NCBI GenBank assembly: GCA_013239625.1
Contig: MU054033.1
Coordinates: 434,001 to 498,000, forward strand
DNA from: Lama guanicoe
Lineage: Eukaryota
DNA length: 64,000 nucleotides
Direction: 5' to 3'
The notes under the pieces were generated by a model. The model worked only from the letters and a program-made list of their open reading frames with translations. It made no database searches and was not told where the DNA came from. A program made the position numbers and the translations under genes. Below are positions 10,730 to 22,943 of the stretch, one piece after another; the stretch's first letter is position 1; every line of letters starts with the position of its first letter.

Positions 10730-12645
10730 TTAAATGCAACAAACACTTTCCACTTTTTTCCTCCCCCACTACTTTATGTTTTTGATGGTACAACTTACAT
10801 CCTTTGATATTGTATACTTATTACCAAATTATTGTAGTTATTTTAATATTTGTTTTTTTAACATGTACATTATAGTTACAAGTAATTTACACACTGCCAT
10901 TACAGTATCAGAGTATTCTGAATTTGATAACATACTTACTGTTGTCAGTGAGTTTTATACTTTCATATGTTTTTATATTATTCATTAGTATCCACTTATT
11001 TCAGCTTGGAGAATTCTATTTAGCATTTTTGTAAAGCATATCTGGTGGTGAACTTCCTCAGCTTTTGTTTTTCTGGGAAAGTCTTTTTTTCTCCTTTATT
11101 TCTGAAGGACAGCTTTGTTGGTTAAAATGTTCTTGGTGGCCAATTTTTGTCCTTCAGCACTTAGAATTTATCCTCCCACTCTCTGGCTGTCAAAATATCT
11201 GCTGAGAAATCTCCTGGCATTGTTCTGGGGATCCCCTTGTATGAAATGAGTTTCTTTTCTCTTATTGCTTTCAAAATTTTATCCCTGTCTTTTGTTTCTG
11301 GAAGTTCTATTATAACGTATTTTGATGATTGTCCTTTTTGGGTCGAATCTGTTATGAGACCCTAGAGTCTGATGAACCTGGATATCCATATTTCTTTCCA
11401 GATCTGGGAAGCTTTCAGCCATTATGTCTTTAAATAAGTTTTCTGCCTCTTCCTGCCCCTCTTCTGGGACTCGCATAACGCAAATATTGTTTCTAGTACC
11501 CCATCTTTCGTGTAAGCTTTATTAACTCTTTTCCACTCTTTTTTTCTTTTTTCTCTTCTGGCTGAATCATCTCAAATAGCCTGTCTTTGAGTTCAAAGAT
11601 TCTTTCGTCTGCTTGATCAAGTATGCTCTTAATGCTCCGTATTTGCATTTTTAAATCATATTCATCATATTATTCAGCTCCAGAATTTCTGTTTGGTTCT
11701 GACGTAGGATTTCTATCTCTGCGAGGACCTTCTCATTTTGTTCATGTATTGTTTTCCTGGTTTCACTGAGTTATCTGTCTATTCTCTTGTAGCTCACGGA
11801 ACCTCCTTGAAACAGTTTTTTCAAATTCTTTGTCAGGCAATGTGTAGACCTCTATTTCTTCGGGGTCAGTTGCTTGGCAGTGTCATCTTCCCTTGACTTC
11901 TGGTGTCCCTTGAGGATGTCCATTGCTGTCTTTGCGCTTGAAGAAGCAGTCCTCCTCCAGGCTTTGACACCTGACTTCACAAGGGAGAAACCGTCTTTTG
12001 TCAACCTGGCCAAGGGTTCCCCACATGTTTCCCCAGGGTGGTGCCCCCGAAATGCTCTGGTCTATGAGCCATCTCCCAGTCCTGAAAAGTCAAGTCTTGC
12101 TCATTGGCTATCTACAAAGGCTTGCTCTTGCCATCCACATAGTATGCGACAGGAGCCAGCTGAGAGTCAGTTAGTAAGATGGATCACGAAGTGGTTAGTC
12201 GTGTCCCCTTGATGAATTCCAAACACTGGCTGCTGCGCTCACAGCCTTGCCGGACCCTCAGCCATGCACATTCCCTCAGTGTTCCGGGGGAGCTAATGAA
12301 GAAGTGGGCTTGCCAAGCAGCATCCCACACAGCTGGGGAAGCCAAGTGCTCACTCATACTCTCTCACTTTCCCCTGTGGGAGAAGCTGTGGTCCACCAGA
12401 GCCTCTCCTGGCACTGAGTCATGCCGCCTTGTGGGAGGGATGGTGCAGACCAAGTGGAAACAGTTACTTTTTTCAGTGTGTATATCCTTGCACTTTTTCT
12501 CCTCTAATTGTACGCTCTGACTTCTCCAGTGGACTCCCAGACTCCCATGAAAGCATTCTTATCCGTGGGCAACTGCCACAAGTCACTGTTCTGTGGGGGA
12601 AGAGGATGGAGGGCTCTAATATTACCAACTGGCTGATGTCACTCC
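10730..12645 (-). mobile_element. Old L1 5' portion (5' UTR, decayed ORF1, inter-ORF), truncated on its 3' side
   Basis: ORF 11279-11476 (-) VPEEGQEEAENLFKDIMAESFPDL..DIQV is ORF1p-like; sense 5' end ggagtgacatcagc at about 12645. Confidence 0.85.
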
Positions 12646-12697
12646 TATTATGTGTATAGTAAGTAAAATAAAATAGAAGTTGGGATAAAAATATCCT

Positions 12698-13438
12698 GAT
12701 AGAAAAGGGAACCCTCCTACGCTGCTGGTGGGGATGCAGTTTGGTGCAGCCACTGTGGAAAACAGTATGGAGAGTCCTCAAAAGACTTGGAATAGACTTA
12801 CCATGTGACCCAGGAATCCCGCTCCTGGGCATATATCCAGAAGGAGCCCTACTTCAAAAAGACACCTGCACCCCACTGTTCATAGCAGCACTATTTACAA
12901 CAGCCAAGACATGGCAACAGCCTAAATGTCCATCAACAGATGACTGGATAAAGAAGATGTGGTACATTTATTCAATGGAATACTATTTAGCCATAAAAAC
13001 CGACAACATAACGNNNNNNNNNNNNNNNNNNNNNNNNNNNNNNNNNNNNNNNNNNNNNNNNNNNNNNNNNNNNNNNNNNNNNNNNNNNNNNNNNNNNNNN
13101 NNNNNNNNNNNNNNNNNNNNNNNNNNNNNNNNNNNNNNNNNNNNNNNNNNNAAGCATAAATACCGAAATAGACTCACAGGCATAGAATACAAACTTGTGG
13201 TTGCCAAGGGAGCAGGGGGTGGGAAGGGATAGACTGGGAGTTCAAAATGCAGAATACATAAACAAGATTATACTGTACAGCACAGGGAAATATATACAAG
13301 ATCTTGTGGTAGTTCACAGAGTAAAAAGAATGTGGCAATGAATATATGTATGTTCGTGTATAACTGAAAAATTGTGCTCTGCACGAGAATCTGACACATT
13401 GTAAAATGATTATAAATTAATAAAAAAAGTTTAAAAAA
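12698..13438 (+). mobile_element. Young L1, ORF2 C-terminus plus 3' UTR, containing the assembly gap
   Basis: ORF 12741-13232 [48 protein letters not shown] is the ORF2p C-terminus; A-rich tail. Confidence 0.95.
13014..13150. other. Assembly gap (137 N)
   Basis: Run of N. Confidence 1.
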
Positions 13439-13728
13439 TCATCAAATATAATCACACATGACAAAGATTAGCTAAAACAATTTAAGATTATGAAGAAGGT
13501 ATTGAAAGTAATTATAAAAATGGAGTGGCAAAATATTGACTGTTTCAAAGAAGAAACTTATTTCCAAGTGTGATTACAAAAATACCAAGCTGGCGCTCCT
13601 ATATGTTGCTAACAAGTGTGCCAAATGTTGCAACTCTGGAGGGGAATTTGGTAAGTTCTAGAAAAATTACATAGATACTTATCTTTTAATCCAGTAACCT
13701 TACTGCTTGGAATTTTCCCTTGAGATAC

Positions 13729-14631
13729 TGTGATATAATAAGAAATGCGTATTTTGTTCTGTATCTACAGTTCCTAAGCACAAAGCACGTAAAACCCTTG
13801 TAATTTCCTACTCGGCTTTTGCCTCAGGCCCTTGAAACAGCTCTGGAGTAACAAAGGTGAAGGGAGTATCTTCTGTTATTCATAGCAAGCCCCTTTCAAC
13901 CACCCCTGGATTTGCTTTAATGAAGTGGCTTTTGGAAAGCACCTAAAGATAGGGCAGCCTGGTTACCAAGGAAATCAACTTTGTGATTAGAGGATCGGAA
14001 CTTTCAGCCCCACCCTCCAACCTCCAGGGAATGGCGAGTGGCGGGAGGTTGACTTAATCATCAGCGCTCAATGATTTGATCAATTGTGCCTATGCAATGA
14101 AGCCTTCATTAAAAAATCCTAAAAGAAGGGCTTTGGAGGCTTCCAGGTTAGTGAATTTGTGGAGGTAGGAAGGCGATCTGCCTGGAGAAGGCATCGTAGC
14201 CTGGAGAGGGCATCCCTCCCCTCATACCTTGCCCTGCGCACCTGTCCCTGAGTTATCTCTCTTAATAATAAGCTGGTGATTAGTAAGTAAACTGTTTTCC
14301 GGAGTCCTGTGAGCCATTCTAGCAAATTGTCAAACCAAGGAGGAGACTGTGGGAACCACAGGTTTATAGCTAGTCTGTCAAGAGCCCAGGTGACAACCTG
14401 GATTTGCAGTTGGCATCTGAAGAGGTGGAGCCAGGCAGGATGGAGCCTTTATCTTGTGAGATCTGATGCGAATCCCAGGTAGGTTGTATCAGAATTGAGT
14501 TAAATTGTAGGACACCCAACTGGTGTCTGCCAAGAATTGAAGAATTTCTTGGTGTGCGAAAAATCCACACACCTGGTGTCGGAAGTGCTCTGAGAACAGG
14601 GTGGAGGAAAAACAGTGGTGCCTTCTTTTCA
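13729..14631 (+). mobile_element. MER21-like solo LTR
   Basis: TG...CA ends with perfect 5-bp TSD gatac (13724-13728, 14632-14636); tgtgatataataagaaat start and ttggcatctgaag...gaattgagttaaattgtaggacacccaactggtgtc motifs. Confidence 0.88.
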
Positions 14632-14639
14632 GATACCAC

Positions 14640-15760
14640 AGCTACAAATCAGCTCATGCACAAAGCGATTCATTGTGCCATGGCTGGTGACAGCTAATGA
14701 TGGAAGCAACGTAAATGTCTAACTGTATGAAGCAAACACAAGGTGAGCTCGGAACATCTTGCTGCACCAGAAGGCAAGAAAAATGCTTTAAAAAATGGGA
14801 ACACAGGTGCTCACTTAAAGGGACTTCCATTTACCATAGGTGGGCAATTTGAGCGTAATAAAAAGGAGTTACAACACATCGACTAAAAAGGATCTACAAG
14901 TCCTTAGTAGTATCTTTAAAATTGGGGGAAAGAAGCTCTTCTTTGTAGAACAATACTTATTAACAAATGTAGAAGGAATGAAGGAATTCAACTATTAAAT
15001 TTTGCTACCACCAGGCTAACGAGTGATTTAGGCAAGGATTAGAAGTGAATCCTGAAGTCATCAGGTGAAGAGATGTGAGGAACACAACCTCACAGCACCA
15101 CTACACAGGAAAAGGATCCACTCCGAGGAAGAAATCCAAGTCAACTGGACGAAGTCCCTGGACAACTGACGATGCAGAAGGAAGCACGTGACACCACCAA
15201 GTAGTTTTCTTGTTAAAGGTGTTTAACCTTAATCGAATCAATAGGAACAATTTACAGATGGGACATTCTGTAAGACCCTAGCCTGGACTCTTCAGAAACG
15301 CCAAGCTCATGAAAAGCAAGCAAAAGTAAAGGGACTGTTCTAACTGAAGTTGGCTGGAGAGTCACGGTAGCCAAACGGAATGAGCGATCTTTGATGGCAA
15401 TCTAAATTTAAAAAAAAGAAAGAAAAAACCTAATGAAAATCATTTTGGTGACAATTGGGGCGATGCTACTACTAAATTTAACTTTCCTATTAAGTGTTGA
15501 ATTTTGCAGGTTGATAATAATATTGCGGTCCACAGGAGAGCGTTTTTGTTCTGAGAGATGCGTGTTGAAGTACAGGTGATGGTTTATTTAGCAGAAAGTG
15601 TGTGTGTGTGTGGAGAGAGAGAGAGAGAAAGAGAGAAAGCAAATTTCGCAAAATATTAACAACTGGTGAATCCGGAAGGAGGCATTATGGGTATTCATTG
15701 CACTCTTATTTCCACTTTTCTGTGAGTTTGAAATGCTTTAAAAGAAACTGGGGGAAACCC
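14640..15760 (+). mobile_element. Old L1 (L1MC/MD-like) 3' region, host of the MER21-like LTR (also continues to the left, about 13600-13728)
   Basis: acaaatgtagaaggaatga..., aaaatattaacaactggtgaatc...cttatttccacttttctgtgagtttgaaat; contains a (TG)n(AG)n repeat at 15598-15637. Confidence 0.7.
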
Positions 15761-17229
15761 AGCTGATGATGCACAACTACACTTGACACATTAATCTGTG
15801 AAATGTGGTTGTACATAGGTGAATTGCACGATTTTTATCATTTCAAGGGGACCACTGGCAGGAATCAAGAGCGGGTGTTAATAAGGACTAGACAGTAAGG
15901 TACTAAAGGAGCTTTAGACTCCAAGGCAGGGTCTTGCACGCAACAAGCACTACACCCCTTTTCCTAGTGTTTTATGGGGTCTACACTTTCACATCCACTT
16001 GGGCAAAAACTAAGATTGAAAGATTCCAAGCCACAAGTGCCCTTCCCGTGTGGAGACGACAAATGTGGGGTCTACAGCCGAAGAGATGTTAACATGTTTC
16101 AGAAGAGTTAATTAACCCCATGACCACAGAAACCTAGTTACCCAAACCTAATGTAGCTCACAGCTGGCTCCTTGGTGACCCAGACTTTGATCTACTCATT
16201 ACTAATGGACTGTTTGCATATCGGTGGAGAAAAAAGGACAGGACCTCAAATTTTGCTTTATAAAACAATTAAGCTCTTGAGTCCTGGAGACGATGGGATG
16301 TTTGGCGCAGAGAATAACAATTTCCGTAGCTGATGTTTCCATTGTAATTGAGGGTTGAAATATCCAGAGAATTCCAAGTGTTTCCTCTCGACACCACAGG
16401 ACTGTCAATGGACAAGGCATTTGTCAACGCTTTTCATCGAAGCATATCATTTAGACTAATAAACTGGTAAGCATCTTCTAATGAAAACTGTCCCCGAGAG
16501 ATTTACGAGGGTAAAGAAAACCCTCAGGCTTGCAACTGTACAAAATTATATCTAGGCATTTACTGGGAACGTCAATCAAATTCATCCCTCAGCCTTCTGT
16601 TGACTATTCCTAACTGTACGTTCCCTGAAATAAATTCCATAACTGATCTTTTCTTTTCTGGATGGTCAGGTTAAACAGCCAAGGTGCAGGCATCTAACGG
16701 CTCAGTCATACGTTGTTGCTGCTCCCTGACGGTGCTCACGTCTGAGCGAGTCTTTTTAAGGCCCTTCCTTACTCGTTCCCCTGGGCTCCTTAACACTACG
16801 GATTTGTCTCTCCAGTTTTCAGAAGCCACTGTCCGCAGGGCTGCTTTCTTCTCGCACCCATCCGATCCCTCACTCCTGCCCCCTGGCCAGCTCTTCTGAA
16901 GACCTGAAGGCCCCTTTTATAATAAGAGCACTCCAACACCAGCAAGAAGTGGTAGCTGACCGCCTAGTAAAGCCCAGAGGAGGAAACCACAAAGCAAATC
17001 GTGAGAACTTCCTTCTCGTGTGTGTGTGTGGGGGGGTGGTTTGTATATTCACATTATATACAGAACATATATATGTGTGTAACGTGCATACAGTAGAGTG
17101 CATATACTTACACGAACTTCCCAGCCCTCTTTGTAAGGTCGGTGCCGTCCCAGCCCAGCTCAGCACGGTTGCTCCCACTAAGTCATTTTCCAGTTGCCTA
17201 AGTGATTCAAACATCAACCACCACTGATG

Positions 17230-17600
17230 TGTTCACGATTCTGCAACTAGGACTGGGAACAGCTTTCGCGCCTCCCTGCAAAATTAAGGGGGGCAGCTCG
17301 AACGGAGGCTGGAAGAGCCACTTCCAGGATGGCCCGTTGGCGCTGGCTGTTGGCTGGGAGTTTTGCCGGGGCTGTCGAACTCCGCCCTGCGCGGTGTGGT
17401 CCCTCCTTGGGGCGCCGGTGGGCTTCTCAGGGCACAGGGATGCTCACTTCCCTCGGAGCCCCAAAACGGAAGCTGCCAGGCCTTCTTAAGCCTTAGGTCC
17501 GGACCTGGTAGAGTGTCCCTTCATCTGCATTCTCTTGGTGAAGGTGAGTCACCAGGGCACCAGCTGGAAGGGGAGGAAACTACAGAAGGGTGTCTGTACT
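17230..17600 (-). mobile_element. MaLR (MLT1-type) LTR fragment
   Basis: ccacttccaggatggc..ctggctgttggctggga..gaagctgccaggccttctta..ctgcattctcttggt. Confidence 0.65.
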
Positions 17601-18689
17601 AGGAGGTGTGTATCAAACTACCACATCACTTGAATCATCAAGAAAAACCCAGACCCTCAGGGAGGAAGGAGGCCCCAGCTTTCACTTTATGTGTGAAGCA
17701 CACCTATGATGCAGGCGCTGTGGGGAACACCCAAAATGACCACATTGAGGGCCACGAGGGAACCAAAGGGAACCAAAGGGAGAGGAGGTAAAAGTGAGCC
17801 GGTGAGTAGGAGCAGCTGTTTCCTGCTGCTTTCCAAGGAAGAAAGAAAGCTGTGGGTCTTCTCTTTAAATGTAAGAAGCTGCACTTCCTCTGTTTGAAGC
17901 AAAGGGTCTGGGGCTCGTGTAAGAAGGCTGATGAGCATCCTTGCGTAAGGAGGTTGAACTTGTATATGGAAAAAGAAGACCTGAGTTTATTATTGACTTG
18001 TGCACCCAACAAGGATGCTCCCTGCCCCTCACTGAATGCCTCGCTAAGAAATGAGATGACCATGTGTTTTACCCATGAGTGCCTTGGACCTCTGAGTACT
18101 GAATGAGGGAATCCGTACCCAATTTGCTTTTCCAGCCTCTAGGATCCTCTTTCCAGGATTCCCAAAGAACATAAAATAAGGCACCATATTTTACCTTCTC
18201 TTGCCCCGATACTTCAGTAGGCAAAACTAGGGCACATAGCCTGGAAAAGATTTCATATGGCTTTGGGGTTCAAAGTCCTATCTCAGGGATACGATTTTAT
18301 TGTATGTCTGCTAAAGTGGTAGACTAGCCAGGAGAGTTCTCTAGCTTACAGGGAGAGTGAGCTAGATAGTAGAATGTTCGAAACAAGGGTTATTCTTTAG
18401 GAAGTCCAGGCTAGGAGAGCACAGCCAGGGACCAGCCCAGGGGTATGGAACAAGTTAATCAGCAGCGAGTACAAAGGAACAGAAATCATGGAAGAAACAC
18501 TGCGGTGAGCTGATCTGTAGATGTGAGAATGCGGGGAGACTGAGCACCACTAAGTTATGCATATCCTTCTCTGCACATGTGGGTCCCTTTACGGTCATGT
18601 TCACGATGTAGCCGCCAGTCTCCTGCGGGTGAGGACCAGGAGGGAGGGAAACTTCCAAAAGGACTGACTCTGTGTCTCTGGTTAAACCA

Positions 18690-19645
18690 TGACCGATACA
18701 TCCTTCAAAAACAAAAATGACATTTTAGAGAAAAAAAAAAGTATCTTCAGCAGAATTACACTACAAGAAATACTAAAGACATCCTTCATCAGTCGGAGGG
18801 GAAATGACACAGCTAGAATCCGAAAATTATTTGCTCCAGAAAATGAAGCAGAGGGAATCCTTCAGGAGGAAGAGAGAGTGACTTTATTTTATGAGGTCAA
18901 CATAACCTTGATACAAAATTAAACAAAGACATTGCAAGAAAATTACAGATACCAACATCCCTCATGAGCTTGGACATAAAAAATCCTTGACAGAAATGTT
19001 AACACATCTAACCTAGACACATCCTGACTAAACAGGAGTTAGCCCAGAAATTTAAGATTGGTTTACATTTTAAAAAGCAATCAATGTAATCTACCGCATT
19101 AATTGAATAAAAGCAGAACTGTTGCACCCCCAGAAAGTACAGAGCCCCGTTCTTGTCATACCCGGAAGGTAAGTTTACAGTTGGGAGGCGGTGTGTTGTG
19201 TAGCGAAAGATTTGAAAAGCAGCGGGGGTTTTTTGCCTCCTCTTTCTCTTATACCCTCGCTTAGAAGTGATCTTTTGATGGACTGATCGCTTTTGTCCCT
19301 GTCATGTTTAATCATGTTTGGCTCCTTTTGCGCATGTCCTTGCCCATGATGCGCAAAGAAAAACCCATGGGGTGGGGGAGCCTAAACCGCAATGTGTCTG
19401 GTTAAGCCCCTCCTGCGACCTCATAGTTGTGGCCGTCGGGTTCAAACCGGTTTCTTGCTGGCGCTCATTTGGAAGAACTCAAGTCCCTTTATGCTGAAGG
19501 TGGGCGTCTTCTGGACCATCCTCCCTCTCCTCCAACTCCACCTACCTCCCCGCTTATCTAACCACCTAACAAAACCAGATGCAGAAAATGCGTTTGACAA
19601 AATTTAACACCCATTCACAATGAAAATTCTCAGCAAATAGGGAAT
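18690..19645 (+). mobile_element. Old L1 ORF1-end/ORF2 fragments, split by an LTR
   Basis: DAENAFDKI (19578-19604) matches the RT-region motif DAEKAFDKI; ttttatgaggtcaacataaccttgatac upstream. Confidence 0.8.
19120..19571 (-). mobile_element. ERV1-type solo LTR inserted in L1 ORF2
   Basis: TG (19120)...CA (19571); 4-bp TSD gaac/aaac; L1 sequence continues on both sides; orientation less certain. Confidence 0.75.
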
Positions 19646-21679
19646 ATGTTGTAGGTGAGTTAGAAGGAGGGGAAGGAAACCTATACAAATATGAGATGCA
19701 CCATTTCTGGTCTCTGTGCAATTCACTGAAAGATGATGGGGAATGAGAGGAAGGCTTGAAAATCTCATAGCTGGTGGCACTAGGACATCTAAGAATTTCC
19801 CAGCAACCTCTAGGCAAACCATGGCTTTTACAAATCTGGTCACAGGGCCCACAACTCCAAAGAGGGATTTCAAACCTCCAGAACATTCTCAGCTGATATT
19901 TGTTAAATTAACGAATGTTCAGTGTGGTAAATCTGATGAAGTAAAATACTTGTCTTTAGTTTTGATAAATACTCTTTAGTAAGGACATTTCTGCTCATTC
20001 TCAGTGTAACAAAATGCTCCTTTTTAAAAAAAAATCAAGATGTGGAATTTCATAAAATACCTCTGGTTTCTATAGATGTGACCCTATTTTTCCCCCTAAT
20101 TTTGTAATAAATTAGTAAAATAAATTATATTTGTAGAAATCCCCAAGATTGAATCATCCTGGAATAAACTGAATTGTTGATCATTTGCTATATTTTTAGC
20201 AAATGTGCTGGATTTGATCAAATATATTCAGGAGTTTTGCACCAGGAGCCGTAAAGTAGGATCACTTGATGATTAACTTTCTCTATCTTCCTCGGGTTCT
20301 GTAGTCAGAGTTAAAAAGAAAAATTCCTTTTTTATGTGCACAAACATAAGAAAAAACATGAGTAATAGTCTGTGCCTTAAAGTCCCACGAGAACATGTCC
20401 CTCAGCCTCTGGAAGCACATGTGTGACTCGTCTCCGAGCTTCCTGGCCTGATTGGGTCTTTCTCTCGGGTTAGGAATTACGACAGCCAAGAGAAGAGCAG
20501 TCATGTGGGCCAGCAGCCCCTTCTAATCACCGAGGGGTCCTGGAGTCAAATTTCTACTCGCGGACTTCGAGCATTGAAAGATTGCATCTACCAAGCAGAT
20601 TGCTTTCATCAAGGAAAAATAAACTCTCCACCAAAATCAGTAGCAGCAAAAACGATAACTCCCGCAGTAAACCCAGACAAAAATAGTATCAAACTGGCTA
20701 GATCCCAGGCTCCGTGGAAAGAGGCAGGCGACTCCAGTCAACCCCTGCGGACTCCTTGTTTGTAAATGTTTGCTTTCTATCAAGCGTTAGGAGGTATCGA
20801 CCGTAATGCACAGAAGCACTCGATGAGCACGGCAGCACTTCAAAGGTCAAAAGATCCCGGACTGGGGGGAATTTTGCAGTTCTACTCTTTCAGAAACAGA
20901 AGTTCAGAGTAAAAGAGCAGATCAGCTTCTCAGGAGATGAGCTTCCCGTCCTAACAGGGCGCGAATTGGTCTGGACACCGTGGTTAGTTTCAGCGATGGT
21001 CTCCCCGGGTGCCTACAGCTGAAGGGGAACCACGGAGGCTCCTCATCTTAAAAGGCTCCGTGAGCACACAGTTGTCACCTGTTCACTGTGGTCCTCATTG
21101 TCCCCATGGATCCTGTGAGTAAACCATGCCCCGCGTAACCCCGATTTGCACAGGGCTGAGCATCCCCTGGGCTCCGGCACTGAGCCCCGAGGTGGATGCA
21201 GTGCCCGGCGCGTGCACGGACTACAGCAAGGCCTGCAAGGATCCCTCAGCCGACTCTCGAGAGGAGGCGCGTTTGCATTTGCTTCCTAGTCCTCTGTCAC
21301 CAGCCAGACCACTCCTCCTAGCAGACAGAACTCAGCTGCTTCCCTGACCTAAAATCCTTGCCCCAGTATAACCCACCCAAGGGAGGAGCCAGACGCCCAG
21401 AATAAACTCCCACAAGGCAAACAGACAAACGAACCAAACATAAACCGATGGATTTTTAAGGGGAGCTGTTCTTCACCCCACACTGAAGGTGATGCTGGGA
21501 CAGTGGTTCCGGTGGGAGAGTCTGCGGGAGCTCAAGACGACGCCCAGGATGCGGAAATGACAGCCGACAAGACAACACGCCCCGCCGCTGACACATCCCC
21601 CTTGTTGAGATCTATGCTTTCCACATCTGAACTTTGTAAAGACTAGGATGCCCTTTACAATCAGAGACGGACAACTGAC

Positions 21680-22239
21680 AGTCTGTGATGGCACTGTCCT
21701 GGCTGTGGATGCATGAATGTGTGGATATATGGGGGTATCCCTGGACAATTGCAACCTCCTAACTTTCTGTAGACAAATCTTTGAAGGATCATTTGAGAAG
21801 GAAATTGCGTATCCTGGTTTTGTATGAAAATACTCCATGATCACTTCAGGTAGGATTAAGCATCAAAGTCATAGGAAGGCAGTATCACTGAACAGACAGT
21901 AATGAAGTTGTCTCCTGGGAATCTCCACCCCCCTGATGTCACAGAGGATGTGTGAAGAAACATGACCACCAGTGATTGTGACTCAGATTCCAAAGAAAAG
22001 ACTTTTCAAAGATGTTTTAGAAATAGCTTCTTCAATTTATTTCTCTTATGTTTTCCTTTTTCACCCATGCATAAGAACAACATAATTAAACACAAAAGAG
22101 CTTTCTCATGAGTGTGGAGTAACACTTCTAAGTGATGAGGAGTCACTGTGTCACGGTTGACATTGTTTTCCTTTCTTAGCGGCCCATCAAATTGTAGTGG
22201 GTGTCACAGTCAACGACGTCTTAGAGGCAAGGAAATATG
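21680..22239 (+). mobile_element. Tc2/pogo-type (Kanga-like) DNA transposon fossil with decayed DDE transposase
   Basis: LAVDA; GGIPGQLQP..(frameshift)SVDKSLKDHLRRK; GIST..DVTED motifs; right TIR-like end gacgtcttagaggcaaggaaatatg. Confidence 0.7.
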
Positions 22240-22441
22240 TCACATAAGCCTGGGAGGTCAGAATCACGTTGAGCAAGTCTTTCCCTCCTGGAGTTCTGGT
22301 TTGTTATTGTTGTGCAGTCAATGCTGAGGGGAGCGCATTCAGGTCTCCCACTGTGATTTGGGTTTTTGTAGCTCTATCAATCTTTGCTTTACATATTTTA
22401 AGGCTAAGTTGTCCAGGTGAATGCAATATCTTGTCATGATT

Positions 22442-22943
22442 CATAGAAATAGCCTAAATGTCCATCAGCAGAGAACGTGGTAAAGAAGCTATGGAATATT
22501 TATACAATGGAATACTACTCAGCCACAAAAACCGACAACGTAACACCATTTGCAGCAACTTGGATGTCCCTGGAGAATGTCATTCTAAGTGAAGTCAGCC
22601 AGAAAGAGAAAGAAAAAAACCATATGAGGTCACTCATATGTGGAATCTTAAAAAAAATAAATTAATACAGAACAGAAACAGACTCATAGACATAGAATAC
22701 AAACTTGTGGTTACCAAAGGGAGGGGGGTGGGAAGGGATAGACTGGGAGTTCAAAATGTAGAAAGATAAACAATTATACTGCACAGCACAGGGAAATATA
22801 CACAAAATGTTATGATAAATCACAGAGAAAAAAATGTGACAATGAGTGTGTATATGTCCATGAATGACTGAAAAATTGTGCTCTACACTGGAACTTGACA
22901 CAACACTGTAAAATGATTATACATCAATAAAAAAAGTTAAAAA
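22442..22943 (+). mobile_element. Young 5'-truncated L1
   Basis: ORF 22477-22665 KLWNIYTMEYYSATK..PFAATWMSLENVILSEVSQKEK; 3' UTR and tail; imperfect TSD atcttgtcatgatt/attttgtcattatt. Confidence 0.95.

Noticed and set aside
17758..17781. 10-bp tandem duplication gggaaccaaa
   Set aside because: Ordinary slippage duplication with no further structure
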